Of a stretch of 64,000 nt of DNA, positions 54,758 through 64,000 are shown piece after piece. Position numbers and translations under genes: made by a program. The stretch is from positions 1,072-65,071 of the forward strand of contig CAKZPA010000041.1 in NCBI GenBank assembly GCA_937138415.1. The letters are read 5' to 3'. The notes below the pieces were generated by a model. The model searched no databases, was not told where the DNA came from, and saw only the letters and a list, made by a program, of their open reading frames with translations. Position 1 is the first letter of the stretch. Every line of letters starts with the position of its first letter. This stretch comes from an uncultured Nitrospiraceae bacterium (lineage in GTDB: Bacteria; Nitrospirota; Thermodesulfovibrionia; Thermodesulfovibrionales; SM23-35).

Positions 54758-55609
54758 CTATTTCTTGAGATACTCCGGCTTCACCTTCAGTCCGTCCTCG
54801 AGCAGAAGCAAAAATTTGATGTACGTAAAACCGAGCTTCATTAACGCGACGTCATCCGTTTTTATCTTTTCGACGACGTCCCCGTCGATCTCGAACACCT
54901 CGAGGAACTTACTCTCGAAGACGTAACGCCTGAACCTGTCGATGTCGTAGAATGCCGTATAGACCTGGGCTTGCTGGTTGGAGTCGAGTTCCTTGAGGAG
55001 TGGATTCCTTCGAAGCTGGATCTCTTTCCATTCTCGATTCATGTCATCGTAGAAACTCGCCTCCTGGTCATCCTTCCATGACTGGATGGTCCACTTCGTG
55101 TCCTCCTGATACCCGAGGCAGTGAGGCTCCCGGATGAAAAAGTAGAATTCCTCGTTGACCGGACCCTGTTCGGTCTGCTTCCGCAGAATGCCCTGCCCGA
55201 CAGGATAGTACCGGCAGTTGGCGGGCCTGTCCGTGTAAATCGTGCACCCCTCGGGCGTGACGAACGGACATCGTTTATGCTCGTCATCGAGCATCTTCAA
55301 ACGAACGAGTGGCTGTTTCGATTTCTCGTCGAGTTCCATCGTCGTGTACTTTTCCAGGAATTCTTCGGAGGATATCCCGAGCCTCTTCTTCATCCTGATA
55401 ATGTCATACGGGGTCAGCAGGATATTGATATTGCTGCAACACTTCGTGAAACAGACTATGCCCTTGTGACATCTGAACTTAAACTCCGATTTCAGAGAAA
55501 GCTGGGTTGGCTCAACATCTTTCATGCTTGGTAACGGCATCTTTTTCTTCAATCCTTTCTTTCTGCAGTCGCTGACAGAAATAGTATGGTATTCAGAACC
55601 CTTCGCCAA
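54758..55609 (-). CDS. YkgJ/UPF0153-type cysteine-cluster (CxxCxxCC-like) protein
   Basis: FRCHKGIVCFTKCCSNINILLTPYDI plus further Cys motifs. The start is uncertain (TTG 55609 or the downstream ATG giving MPLPSM). Confidence 0.6.
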   Translation of the reverse strand: MAKGSEYHTISVSDCRKKGLKKKMPLPSMKDVEPTQLSLKSEFKFRCHKGIVCFTKCCSNINILLTPYDIIRMKKRLGISSEEFLEKYTTMELDEKSKQPLVRLKMLDDEHKRCPFVTPEGCTIYTDRPANCRYYPVGQGILRKQTEQGPVNEEFYFFIREPHCLGYQEDTKWTIQSWKDDQEASFYDDMNREWKEIQLRRNPLLKELDSNQQAQVYTAFYDIDRFRRYVFESKFLEVFEIDGDVVEKIKTDDVALMKLGFTYIKFLLLLEDGLKVKPEYLKK

Positions 55610-55696
55610 GAGCGCAACGAGTGAAAATCAAACGCCATCCCGTCGTTCTCCGACTTGACCCCGTACCGAGTATGGTACAGGCTCCCGAATCTACTC

Positions 55697-55741
55697 TTCG
55701 ACAAGCTCAGGGTGACATTTTGTCATGGTGAGCTTGTCGAA
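55697..55741. repeat. REP-like hairpin cluster C
   Basis: Perfect 13-bp inverted repeat TTCGACAAGCTCA / TGAGCTTGTCGAA encloses GTGACATTTTGTCATGG. This is the same family as 25169-25231. Confidence 0.6.
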
Positions 55742-55912
55742 CCATAGATTGCCGATCACATGAGGCAATGACAAATATAGGGAAGCAACTCATCCCTCGC
55801 GCCAAGAGCACAGGGAGTTCTTGCTATGCTTTTTTAAACACATTTTCCGGGATAACGGACGTGTACTGTAAAAGTACCGTCTCATATTCCTGTAAAACTG
55901 TCTTCATTATAA

Positions 55913-55943
55913 TAAAAAAGGCCGGCAGAAATCTCTGCCGGCC
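55913..55943 (-). terminator. Rho-independent terminator after hppA
   Basis: Minus strand reads GGCCGGCAG-agattt-CTGCCGGCC followed by UUUUUUAUU. Confidence 0.75.
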
Positions 55944-55960
55944 TTCGCGCTCATCGAGAC

Positions 55961-58027
55961 CTAAATGAGAGGAACAATGAGCAGAGCCACGATGTTGATA
56001 ACCTTGATCATTGGGTTAATAGCCGGGCCCGCCGTATCCTTATAAGGATCTCCGACCGTGTCACCCGTAACAGATGCTTTGTGACCATCGCTCCCCTTCT
56101 TATGGAGGACTCCCTTGGCATCGACAACACCGTCCTCGAATGACTTCTTCGCATTATCCCATGCTCCTCCGCCGGACGTCATCGCAATCGCCTGGAAAAG
56201 ACCTGTCACGATGCTCCCGATGAGGACGCCGCCGAGGGCTTCCCGACCGAGGAGAAATCCGACGGCAATAGGTGCGACAACCGGGATGAGCGCAGGTACC
56301 ATCATCTGCTTAATAGCTCCCTTCGTGACGATATCGACGCAGGTTCCGTACTCCGGCTTCGCCTTGAACTCCATGATACCGGGTATCGTCCTGAACTGCC
56401 TCCTCACCTCTTCCACGACGCCGCCGGCAGCCTTCCCGACCGCCTCCATCAGGAGCGCACCGAAATAGTATGGGAGGAGACCGCCGATGAAGAGTCCCAC
56501 CAACACGAGTGGATTGGAAAGTTCGAACGATAACGCTTCGCCAAATGAACGTGAATATTCAGCGAAAAGAACGAGCGCAGCGAGTCCGGCCGAACCGATC
56601 GCATATCCCTTGGTGACAGCCTTCGTGGTGTTTCCCACAGCATCGAGAGGATCCGTGATCTCACGAATCTCCTTCGGCAACTCGGCCATCTCCGCGATAC
56701 CACCCGCGTTGTCGGTAATCGGTCCGTAGGAATCGATCGCAACCACGATACCCGTCATCGAAAGCATCGAAACGGCTGACAACGCAATCGCGAAGAGTCC
56801 GGCGACCGCCTGCTCCTGCTGTATATTCACAAAACCGCCAGCTCCGATATAGTACGCCCAGACGATCGCACCGCAGATGACGATAACGGGCAACCCGGTC
56901 GACTTCATGCTCACGGCAAGACCGGCGATTACGTTCGTTGCATGCCCGGTCAAGCTTGCCTGCGCGATGTGCTTGACAGGAGCGAAACTCTTGGACGTGA
57001 AATACTCGGTGATCATCACGATGAGCCCCGTCAAAATGAGTCCGATGAGCGCCGTGGTGAATACGCCCATCTGCGTGAATGCGGGGTTCACATTGGGGAG
57101 ACCCAGGAACCATCCGGAGACAAAGTAGAACGCGATGGCCGCGAGAATACCCGAGACCGCCAAGCCTTTGTAGAGCGCGCCCATGATGTACTGGCTCTTG
57201 CCGAGGCGGACGAAAAAGGTTCCGATGATCGAAGCGATGATCGAGATGCCGCCGATGAGGAGAGGAAATTCGACCCACGGGCTTCCCGGCCCGAAGGCTG
57301 TCTTCGCAAGCAACATTGCGGCGACGACCGTCACGGTATACGTTTCATAGAGGTCAGCCGCCATTCCCGCGCAGTCACCCACGTTGTCACCGACGTTATC
57401 GGCGATAACGGCGGGATTCCTGGGGTCATCCTCGGGAATTCCGGCCTCGACTTTACCGACGAGGTCCGCGCCGACGTCGGCCGCCTTCGTATAGATGCCT
57501 CCCGCGATACGGGCGAAGACGCTCATCAGCGAGCAACCGAACCCGAGACCGACGAGCGCGTGGAATGCTTCGTCACCGACCGCGGACTTTGCGATAAAAT
57601 AGTAGCCCGCGATGCCGAGTATGCCGAGGCCGACCACCATGATCCCCGTCACGGATCCGCCTTTGAACGCCACATTGAGTGCCGCTGCCAGCCCTTTGTA
57701 CGCAGCCTGTGCGGTACGAACGTTAGAACGCACCGTTACCATCATGCCGATGTACCCTGCCAGAGCGGAGCCCACCGCACCGATGACGAAACCGATCGCC
57801 GTCCACACACCGAGGAAAAACAGCAAAACGGTAATCACGACTCCGACCATGGCAACCGTCGTGTACTCCCTTCTGAGGAAGGCAACCGCGCCTTCCCGGA
57901 CCGCATCGGATATCGCCTGCATCCGCTCGCTACCCTTGTCCTGCTTGAGAACCCAAGAAGCAGTGATCAATGCGTAAGCGACGCCGAGTGCGCCACATGC
58001 TAATGCAAACAAGACGATATTGCTCAT
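55961..58027 (-). CDS. hppA: Membrane-bound proton-translocating pyrophosphatase, K+-independent type
   Basis: [24 protein letters not shown], and AVGNTTKAV (Lys rather than Ala in the GNTT(A/K)A motif). About 16 TM segments. AAGGAGGG SD. Confidence 0.95.
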   Translation of the reverse strand: MSNIVLFALACGALGVAYALITASWVLKQDKGSERMQAISDAVREGAVAFLRREYTTVAMVGVVITVLLFFLGVWTAIGFVIGAVGSALAGYIGMMVTVRSNVRTAQAAYKGLAAALNVAFKGGSVTGIMVVGLGILGIAGYYFIAKSAVGDEAFHALVGLGFGCSLMSVFARIAGGIYTKAADVGADLVGKVEAGIPEDDPRNPAVIADNVGDNVGDCAGMAADLYETYTVTVVAAMLLAKTAFGPGSPWVEFPLLIGGISIIASIIGTFFVRLGKSQYIMGALYKGLAVSGILAAIAFYFVSGWFLGLPNVNPAFTQMGVFTTALIGLILTGLIVMITEYFTSKSFAPVKHIAQASLTGHATNVIAGLAVSMKSTGLPVIVICGAIVWAYYIGAGGFVNIQQEQAVAGLFAIALSAVSMLSMTGIVVAIDSYGPITDNAGGIAEMAELPKEIREITDPLDAVGNTTKAVTKGYAIGSAGLAALVLFAEYSRSFGEALSFELSNPLVLVGLFIGGLLPYYFGALLMEAVGKAAGGVVEEVRRQFRTIPGIMEFKAKPEYGTCVDIVTKGAIKQMMVPALIPVVAPIAVGFLLGREALGGVLIGSIVTGLFQAIAMTSGGGAWDNAKKSFEDGVVDAKGVLHKKGSDGHKASVTGDTVGDPYKDTAGPAINPMIKVINIVALLIVPLI

Positions 58028-58141
58028 ACGTACCCTCCTTTTTCAATCATGCGTACCCTGTGAGTTGCCAGTGAAAAGGAAAATGTCTTTGCCGACCTTT
58101 CACCTCCCTCCTCTCTTTCGATTTTTCTCACAAAGGAATTC

Positions 58142-59398
58142 CTACGTGATCTCGACATCCCTTTCCGTTGCCTTCGCGAAAACCATGGCGGTTGCCCGGT
58201 AGAGCATGTGTGCCATCTTCGAGAACGGTGCATAGGCGAAGAGGAAAAAAACCACGACGAGATGGGAAAAATAGATCAAGTACGACGGTAACGCCAGGTC
58301 AGCCAATCGGAACAGTTCGGAAAGAATGCCGGTCGCCATGACCGCGAAAATAATATAGATGAGAAGCCAGTCGTAATAACTCCCCTTCCCGGCCTTCGCC
58401 TCGTTCTTCTTCCTGTTGTTCATCACCATGAGAATGCCGACGAGCAGCATTACGGCGCTGATGTTCGCGAGCCACTTCATGGGATCCGTCAGCGGATACG
58501 GCGAGGGTCCCCGCAACCAGGAATACGGCGTCTTCCCCATCGCGTGCATGATCTCGTACCCGTACAGGTAGAGCACCGCCCACGCGGTCGTGATCGCGAG
58601 GCCGATGAAACTGAAGAAGACGAGCATGTGCGAAAGCTTTCGCGACTTCGTCACGTTGCACTTTTCGAACCGCTTGTGGGCCAGGATCTCGCCGATGGTC
58701 GCCGTTATTGCGCTCCCGATACCCCCCTTCGGCTGCAATCCGGTGCTCCGGATCATATCTTTCCAGTAACGGGATACTCCGATGGCGAGCGAGGCGACGG
58801 CGAAAAAGAAGACCGGTACGAATACCCCGTCGATATAGTACGATTTGATCAGGGAAGAGTAGGCAATCTTGCCCTCTGCATTGCGGATGCTCTCCAGATT
58901 GAGGTGACCGAGACCGGCGAGGATGAGGAGAAAGATCACCACGGGGATAGCGAGGAGGAGGACGAGAGATCCGGGGTTCCCGACCGCCTTCCCGAGGAAG
59001 CGGGGAACGGAGTAGTTCTCGATCGAGAGCTTCCTCACCGCGTTGAGTACTTCACCCGGCTTCGCGCCGCGCGGGCAGTACGCCGTGCAGTCGCTGCATT
59101 GGTGGCAGAGCCAAATGTCGGGGTTGCCGAACAGCTTATCCTTCATCCCCCACTGCGCGTAAATCATCTCTTTTCTCGGGAAAGGATCGTCGCTCGGCGT
59201 GAGGTTGCAGACAACGGAGCAGGTGGCACACTGGTAACATCTCTTCAGCGATTCGCCGCCGCTCTTTATGATCGCGTCGACGAACTCGAGGTCAGGGGTC
59301 ACGGTCACACCGGTAAACGGCTCGGGGGGAGCAGCCGCTTCCGGAGTAGCCGTCGCCTCTGCGGTTACTGCTTGGGCTTCCTTTTTTTCTTCTGCCAT
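58142..59398 (-). CDS. qmoC: Quinone-interacting membrane-bound oxidoreductase subunit QmoC (HdrC-like 2x[4Fe-4S] plus a cytochrome-b-like membrane domain)
   Basis: CYQCATCSVVCN and CHQCSDCTAYCP, then six predicted TM helices. Follows qmoA-qmoB. Confidence 0.85.
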   Translation of the reverse strand: MAEEKKEAQAVTAEATATPEAAAPPEPFTGVTVTPDLEFVDAIIKSGGESLKRCYQCATCSVVCNLTPSDDPFPRKEMIYAQWGMKDKLFGNPDIWLCHQCSDCTAYCPRGAKPGEVLNAVRKLSIENYSVPRFLGKAVGNPGSLVLLLAIPVVIFLLILAGLGHLNLESIRNAEGKIAYSSLIKSYYIDGVFVPVFFFAVASLAIGVSRYWKDMIRSTGLQPKGGIGSAITATIGEILAHKRFEKCNVTKSRKLSHMLVFFSFIGLAITTAWAVLYLYGYEIMHAMGKTPYSWLRGPSPYPLTDPMKWLANISAVMLLVGILMVMNNRKKNEAKAGKGSYYDWLLIYIIFAVMATGILSELFRLADLALPSYLIYFSHLVVVFFLFAYAPFSKMAHMLYRATAMVFAKATERDVEIT

Positions 59399-59419
59399 AT
59401 CTCTTCCTCCAATCCTATT

Positions 59420-61645
59420 CTAAAATTCCTTGAACGGATTAGGTCCTATCTCTTTAACCCTTTCCACAAATTCATTGATCATTTCCGGAAGTTTCGGGTA
59501 CTCGTCGATCGCCACCTGGAGCAGTTTCACGCGCTCCGCCTCGAGCTGCAGTTTGTTGAGCGTTTCGCCGACCTTGCTGAAGCGGTAATTCGCGAGCTCG
59601 CTCCCTTTCACGAAATGGCATTGGTAATTCTCTCCGAATTTGCACCCCATGAGGAGGAACCCGTCGACGCCCTTCGAGAAGGCGTCGGCGATCCAGACGA
59701 GGTTCATCCCGCCGAGGCACCTCATCGGGATGAAGCGAATGCACGGATCGATTTTATGACGGTTCATGGCGAGGGTATCGAGTGCGGGATACGCGTCATT
59801 CTCGCAGGCAAGGCATACGATCCTGAACTCTTCTTCCGGCACGTCGATCGCCTTGATCATTGATCCGATGATATCGACGCTATAGTCCTTGAACGAAACG
59901 ATGCGCTCGGGGCACGCGCCCATGCACGTACCGCATCTCCTGCATCGATTCACCTTGTAGTAAGGGATGCCTTTTTCATCTTCATCGATCGCTCCGAAAG
60001 GACATTCTTCCGTGCACCTCTTGCACGCCGTGCAACGGATGAGCTGCGGATCCGGGAAGGTGAGATCCCATGCCCTCGGATGGACCGAAATGCCTTTCGC
60101 CACGTGGTCGATACACTGTATCGCTTTGAAGGCGGCGCCCACGGCATCCTCCTGCGCGTCCGTCATGTTCATCGGCTGCCTCACGGGACCGCACGCATAG
60201 ATTCCCGTCCGTCTCGTCTCGTACTGAAAGCAGATGAAGTTCGAATCCGCGAAACCGCACGCACCCTCGAGAGAGGGGATTTCGGGCCCCTGCCGGTAGG
60301 TCAGGTTGAGAATGAAGTCGGGCTTCGGCGTCGATTCAAGGTACGCCTTTCTCGCTTCGTCGCCTTTCGACGCGGCGACGGCCAGTCCGTCGAGATACTC
60401 CTGCGGCGCCCTTGTCGTCGGTACCATCCCTGTCGCGAGCACGACGAGGTCGGCTTCCACCCTCACCTTTTCACCGAGGAGCGTATTTTCCATCTCCACG
60501 AAGAGATTTCCGTTGCCCGCATCGGAAACGCCTTTCACCTCCGCTTTCGTCAGCATGATGCCAGGATCATTCTGCGCTTCCCGGTAAAAGGCCTCGAGTC
60601 GTCCGGGCGTCCTCATGTCCTTATAAAAAATCATTGCCACCGCATTCGGATTCTGCCGCACGTAACGAGCCTGTTTCAGGGACGTCGCGCAACACATGGA
60701 GGAACAGTAGGTGAGGTGATTCGCGTCACGCTGGCCGGCACATTGAATGAACGCGACCTTCGTCGCGTCTCTGCCGTCCGACGGCCTCGCGATCGTCCCC
60801 TTCCGCGCGATCTCCTCGAATTCGACGTTCGTGACCACATTTTTAAACTTGCCGTACCCGAGATAGTCGAGTTTCGTCGCATCATAGGGCACCCAACCGG
60901 TAGCGAGGACGATGGCCCCGATCTTTACCGTTTCGGTTCCCGACGCCCCTGAAATCGTCACGTCGAACAGACCCGGCTGACCCTCCGTCTTTTCGACTCT
61001 CGACGATTTGAAGACTCTGATGTTGGGATGCGCCTCGACCCGCTGGATGACCTTTTCTATATCGGTATCGACAATGACGGGATTAAAATTCCGAACGGGG
61101 ATTTTTTTGTACAGTTTATTCGCGAACCCTCCGAGCCGCGGCTCCTTCTCGACGAGGACGACTTTGTACCCGGCCTCGGCGGCCTCAAGTGCAGCCGTCA
61201 TTCCGGAGATGCCTCCCCCGATGACGAGGATATCGGAACTCAGATTTTCGAGTATCGCCGGCGTCGGGAGGTCCGACTTCTCAGCCTTCACGACGCCCAT
61301 CGTGATATAGTCCTCCGCCAATGCCTGTGTTTCATCGTTATTCGGCTCCTGTGTCCAGGCAACGAACTCGCGTATGTTGACGCGCTCTATCAAGCACCCC
61401 GGGAAATCGAACTCTTCATACTTCACGCGAGGAGAGCAGGCAGCGACGATGATCGTGTTCACGCCGCCTTTTTTGATGTCGTTCTTGATCATCTGCAAGC
61501 CGTCGGGACTGCAGAGGATATCGTGCGCTTTAATGTCCTCTTCCTTGATCTTCCCCCTCTTGGCGGCTTTCGCGAGTTTCTCTATGTTGACGGTCTCGGC
61601 TATCCCACATCCTTTGCAAATGTAAACCCCGAATTTCTTTTCCAT
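59420..61645 (-). CDS. qmoB: QmoB (HdrA-like flavoprotein with FeS clusters and an MvhD-like C-terminus)
   Basis: VIGGGISGMTAALEAAEAG FAD fold, CTACKRCTEECP / CRRCGTCMGACP ferredoxin motifs, and a C-terminal MvhD-like Cys pattern. Confidence 0.85.
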   Translation of the reverse strand: MEKKFGVYICKGCGIAETVNIEKLAKAAKRGKIKEEDIKAHDILCSPDGLQMIKNDIKKGGVNTIIVAACSPRVKYEEFDFPGCLIERVNIREFVAWTQEPNNDETQALAEDYITMGVVKAEKSDLPTPAILENLSSDILVIGGGISGMTAALEAAEAGYKVVLVEKEPRLGGFANKLYKKIPVRNFNPVIVDTDIEKVIQRVEAHPNIRVFKSSRVEKTEGQPGLFDVTISGASGTETVKIGAIVLATGWVPYDATKLDYLGYGKFKNVVTNVEFEEIARKGTIARPSDGRDATKVAFIQCAGQRDANHLTYCSSMCCATSLKQARYVRQNPNAVAMIFYKDMRTPGRLEAFYREAQNDPGIMLTKAEVKGVSDAGNGNLFVEMENTLLGEKVRVEADLVVLATGMVPTTRAPQEYLDGLAVAASKGDEARKAYLESTPKPDFILNLTYRQGPEIPSLEGACGFADSNFICFQYETRRTGIYACGPVRQPMNMTDAQEDAVGAAFKAIQCIDHVAKGISVHPRAWDLTFPDPQLIRCTACKRCTEECPFGAIDEDEKGIPYYKVNRCRRCGTCMGACPERIVSFKDYSVDIIGSMIKAIDVPEEEFRIVCLACENDAYPALDTLAMNRHKIDPCIRFIPMRCLGGMNLVWIADAFSKGVDGFLLMGCKFGENYQCHFVKGSELANYRFSKVGETLNKLQLEAERVKLLQVAIDEYPKLPEMINEFVERVKEIGPNPFKEF

Positions 61646-61648
61646 CCC

Positions 61649-62899
61649 CTACCTCCTCTTCACGCTCTGGATGCTCTTTATTGCGGCCGCCGTTGCATCC
61701 TGAACCGACCGTGCTACGTCGGCAGGGCTCTTCATCGTGCCGACGGCATAAAAACCTTTTCTCAGGGTTGTATCATCGACGAGTCCGTCCGAGGAATACG
61801 GGACACCTATCCCCTGCGCCAAACTGCTCGCTTCCATCCCGGTTGCGAGAACGACCATGTCGAACTTTGTCTTGACCTTCCCTCCGGCGTAAATGTCTTC
61901 CACGTCGACGACAACATCGCCGCCGGGTTCCTCCGAGACGCCCGCCACCTTTCCTTTAATGAAAGCAACGTTCGGATCTTCCTTGACCTTCCAGTAGAAT
62001 CTCGGCTCGTAGAGACCAGGTGTCCTGATATCGATATAGTAGATGGTCACTTTCGCGTCTGGGTACTGTTCTCTGATATAGAGGGCGTGTTTGAGGGATG
62101 CGAGGCAACAAATATATGAACAATACGGGAGGTGATTTTCGTCCCTCGACCCGGCGCACTGCACAAACGCAACGTTCTTGACGGGTTTCCCGTCGGAGGG
62201 CCGGATGATCTTTCCCGCGGTCGGTCCGTCCGCGGAGGCCATTCTCTCCAGCATCATGTTCGTCACGACGTTCTTGAAACCCCCCGACCCGAGTATGTCC
62301 AATTTTGCCGGGTCATAAGGATTCCACCCCGCGGCGAGAATGACCGCGCCCACGTTCAGGGATATCGTTTCCGGTTTCATCGCAAAATCGATCGCGCTGT
62401 ACTTGCACGCATCGAGGCATGGTTTCTGGCAATCTTTCTGACACGCGGTCGCGTCGATGACGTACTGGAAAGGAAACGCCTGCTCGTGCGGAAGGTACGC
62501 CGCTTTCGACTGGTTCATGCCAAAATTGAAGTCATTATTCCTGTAAGACGGGCACGCCTGGGCACAGGCATCGCATCCTACGCACTTATCGTTCACGTAA
62601 CGCGGCTGGATCTTTATCGTCACGTCGAAATTGCCCTCGTCGCCTTTTATCTCCTGGACCTCGGCGAGGGTGTACCATTTCACAAGCGCATTGTTCCGTA
62701 TCCTCTTGAACTGAATCTCAAGGCCACAGTTTGGCGGGCAGAGCTTCCAAAAATACTTGTTCAGCTGCGCTACCCTTCCGCCCAGGTACGGATTTTTCTC
62801 GACGATATGCGCCTCCAGTCCTGCTTCTGCCACCTCGACCGCGGCGGTGAGGCCGCTCATACCGCCTCCAATCACCAGAACTTTCTTATTTTCTGCCAT
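61649..62899 (-). CDS. qmoA: QmoA (HdrA-like flavoprotein)
   Basis: VIGGGMSGLTAAVEVAEAG, CVGCDACAQACP. Lies immediately downstream of aprA. Confidence 0.85.
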   Translation of the reverse strand: MAENKKVLVIGGGMSGLTAAVEVAEAGLEAHIVEKNPYLGGRVAQLNKYFWKLCPPNCGLEIQFKRIRNNALVKWYTLAEVQEIKGDEGNFDVTIKIQPRYVNDKCVGCDACAQACPSYRNNDFNFGMNQSKAAYLPHEQAFPFQYVIDATACQKDCQKPCLDACKYSAIDFAMKPETISLNVGAVILAAGWNPYDPAKLDILGSGGFKNVVTNMMLERMASADGPTAGKIIRPSDGKPVKNVAFVQCAGSRDENHLPYCSYICCLASLKHALYIREQYPDAKVTIYYIDIRTPGLYEPRFYWKVKEDPNVAFIKGKVAGVSEEPGGDVVVDVEDIYAGGKVKTKFDMVVLATGMEASSLAQGIGVPYSSDGLVDDTTLRKGFYAVGTMKSPADVARSVQDATAAAIKSIQSVKRR

Positions 62900-62994
62900 A
62901 TCGACCCTCCTTTAGGGCAGTAAACCACAAAGAGCGGGTTATCCCTTCGCGTGCATAACCTTCTCTTTGTAACTTACTCTGCAAGACGGGGCAT

Positions 62995-63003
62995 ATTATA
63001 GCA
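62995..63003 (-). promoter_or_regulatory. Extended -10 promoter element for qmoABC
   Basis: Minus strand reads TGcTATAAT, about 90 nt upstream of the qmoA ATG. Confidence 0.4.
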
Positions 63004-63036
63004 CACCTGTCAACAAAAATCTTTGCCAGGATACAT

Positions 63037-63066
63037 AAAAAATGGGGGAGGTTTTACCCTCCCCCA
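63037..63066 (-). terminator. Intrinsic terminator or attenuator after aprA
   Basis: Minus strand reads UGGGGGAGG-guaaaa-CCUCCCCCA followed by UUUUUU. Confidence 0.7.
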
Positions 63067-63079
63067 CAGGATGAGCTGC

Positions 63080-64000
63080 TTACGGGAAAATCTGTACGTA
63101 CGGCACTTTCTTGAACTCCCAGGTGTTGGTCTCGGCGTTGTACCTGGAATTGGTGAAGCACTTCCAGTTGGCGTCGTCGATCTTGTTGAAGTCTCCTCTG
63201 TAGTAGTAGCCAGGATACCTGGACTCTTCCCTGAAGAGGATATGGCGCGCGTGCGCTTCGACCGCCAGGACTCTGTGGTAGTTCTCGAAGCACCGTAACA
63301 GCTCGTGCAGGTTCGCAGCAGCCATATGGTTGCAGTCCTCTTTGAGCAGTTCGAGCTTCTTGAGGCCTTCCTCGAGCATGGTCTTCGACGTCATGTACCA
63401 CGTCGCGCAGCCGCCAAAATACTCGTCGGCGATCTTCATCAATCTCGCCTGGATCGCTTTCGGTCCGATGAAATACGGGTTGATTTGCGGATCGGTGGTG
63501 TAGGTCTTGTATTTCTCGTAAATTTCGAATGGCAGATAGAGTTCCGCTGCGATCTCGTCGAGCGTCATCTTGGGATCAGGCTTGTAGTCCGGATGGTCGA
63601 GGATGTATGCAATGGCAGCCTTTGCCGCAATCCTGCCCTCCGCGTGAGAACCGGAGGAGAATTTGTGTCCCGATGCCCCGACAACGTCTCCCGCCATGAA
63701 GAGTCCGGGAACAGTCGACATCCTGTTGTAACCCCATGACCACTCCGGAGGCGTCCCCGGGATGTCGCCAGGACCGCTGACCCAGAAGCCCGCGCAGCCG
63801 GCGTGCGACCCGAGGAGATACGGCTCGGTCGGCATGATCTCGGACGGCATCTTCTCCGGCTCAATGTTGTTGGCCGCCCAGAGGGACGCCTGCCCGATAG
63901 CCATGTCGAGGAAGTCTTCCCACGCCTCGGCTTCGAGGTGTTTCAGCTTCTTCTGTCCCGCTTTCTCGCCGAGCTGACCGATGATCCTCTCGGAGAACTC
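63080..64000 (-). CDS. aprA: Adenylylsulfate (APS) reductase alpha subunit. Only the C-terminal part lies in the window; the 5' end is beyond 64000.
   Basis: The frame is open to the window edge (..EFSERIIGQLGEKAGQKKLKHLEAEAWEDFLDMAIGQ..). GLFMAGDVVGASGHKFSSGSHAEGR and the C-terminal RYPGYYYRGDF are typical of AprA. Confidence 0.9.
   Translation of the reverse strand, partial: EFSERIIGQLGEKAGQKKLKHLEAEAWEDFLDMAIGQASLWAANNIEPEKMPSEIMPTEPYLLGSHAGCAGFWVSGPGDIPGTPPEWSWGYNRMSTVPGLFMAGDVVGASGHKFSSGSHAEGRIAAKAAIAYILDHPDYKPDPKMTLDEIAAELYLPFEIYEKYKTYTTDPQINPYFIGPKAIQARLMKIADEYFGGCATWYMTSKTMLEEGLKKLELLKEDCNHMAAANLHELLRCFENYHRVLAVEAHARHILFREESRYPGYYYRGDFNKIDDANWKCFTNSRYNAETNTWEFKKVPYVQIFP

Noticed and set aside
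1-64000. CRISPR arrays, rRNA genes, intact IS elements or prophage, and toxin-antitoxin or other defence cassettes.
   Set aside because: I saw no regularly spaced direct repeats, no rRNA-like sequence, no complete transposase or integrase, and no small paired ORFs with defence-type signatures while reading either strand.

Overview
GC-rich chromosomal segment of a Gram-negative-type sulfate reducer. LPS-transport genes and aprA-qmoABC support that call; the phylum cannot be assigned by eye. Nearly all real genes are on the minus strand, and most long plus-strand ORFs in the track are antisense artefacts of the high GC content.

Gene order, left to right:
- pilQPONM. pilQ runs off the left edge and is missing from the ORF track.
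- truB, tRNA-Arg(ACG), a DUF2155-like lipoprotein, tRNA-Ser(GCU).
- rapZ-hpf-rpoN-lptB-lptA-lptC.
- Three plus-strand housekeeping genes.
- A visibly AT-richer accessory patch at about 14.0-22.1 kb.
- A glycine-zipper lipoprotein and an sspB-like/deacetylase pair.
- A complete 17-gene dcw cluster, mraZ to ftsZ, with an extra D,D-carboxypeptidase between mraY and murD.
- hup, a YkoF-like protein and FBP aldolase/phosphatase.
- A DHH-CBS-nucleotidyltransferase fusion, a REC-GAF-GGDEF cyclase and PolX.
- An AICARFT-only PurH and a YkgJ-like protein.
- hppA-qmoCBA-aprA. aprA runs off the right edge.

The accessory patch holds an IS1380-type transposase stub, a secreted metzincin-like protease and a convergent adhesin-like gene of about 1228 codons that is broken by a 1-nt frameshift.

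Most interesting observations:
1. A c-di-GMP-I (GEMM-I)-like riboswitch with an overlapping intrinsic terminator lies in the leader of the giant adhesin gene. A weaker, possibly decayed look-alike lies upstream of the facing protease gene.
2. An orphan transcription unit of about 280 nt (53.0-53.3 kb) has a strong promoter and terminator but no ORF.
3. A textbook Pmra promoter with three GTGG boxes at 10-bp spacing relocates the mraZ start.
4. Several operon-first genes have an extended -10 element 5-6 nt from the start codon and no SD, which suggests leaderless mRNAs.
5. Two families of REP-like hairpin repeats each occur in two of three intergenic clusters.

No CRISPR array, rRNA or intact mobile element was seen.
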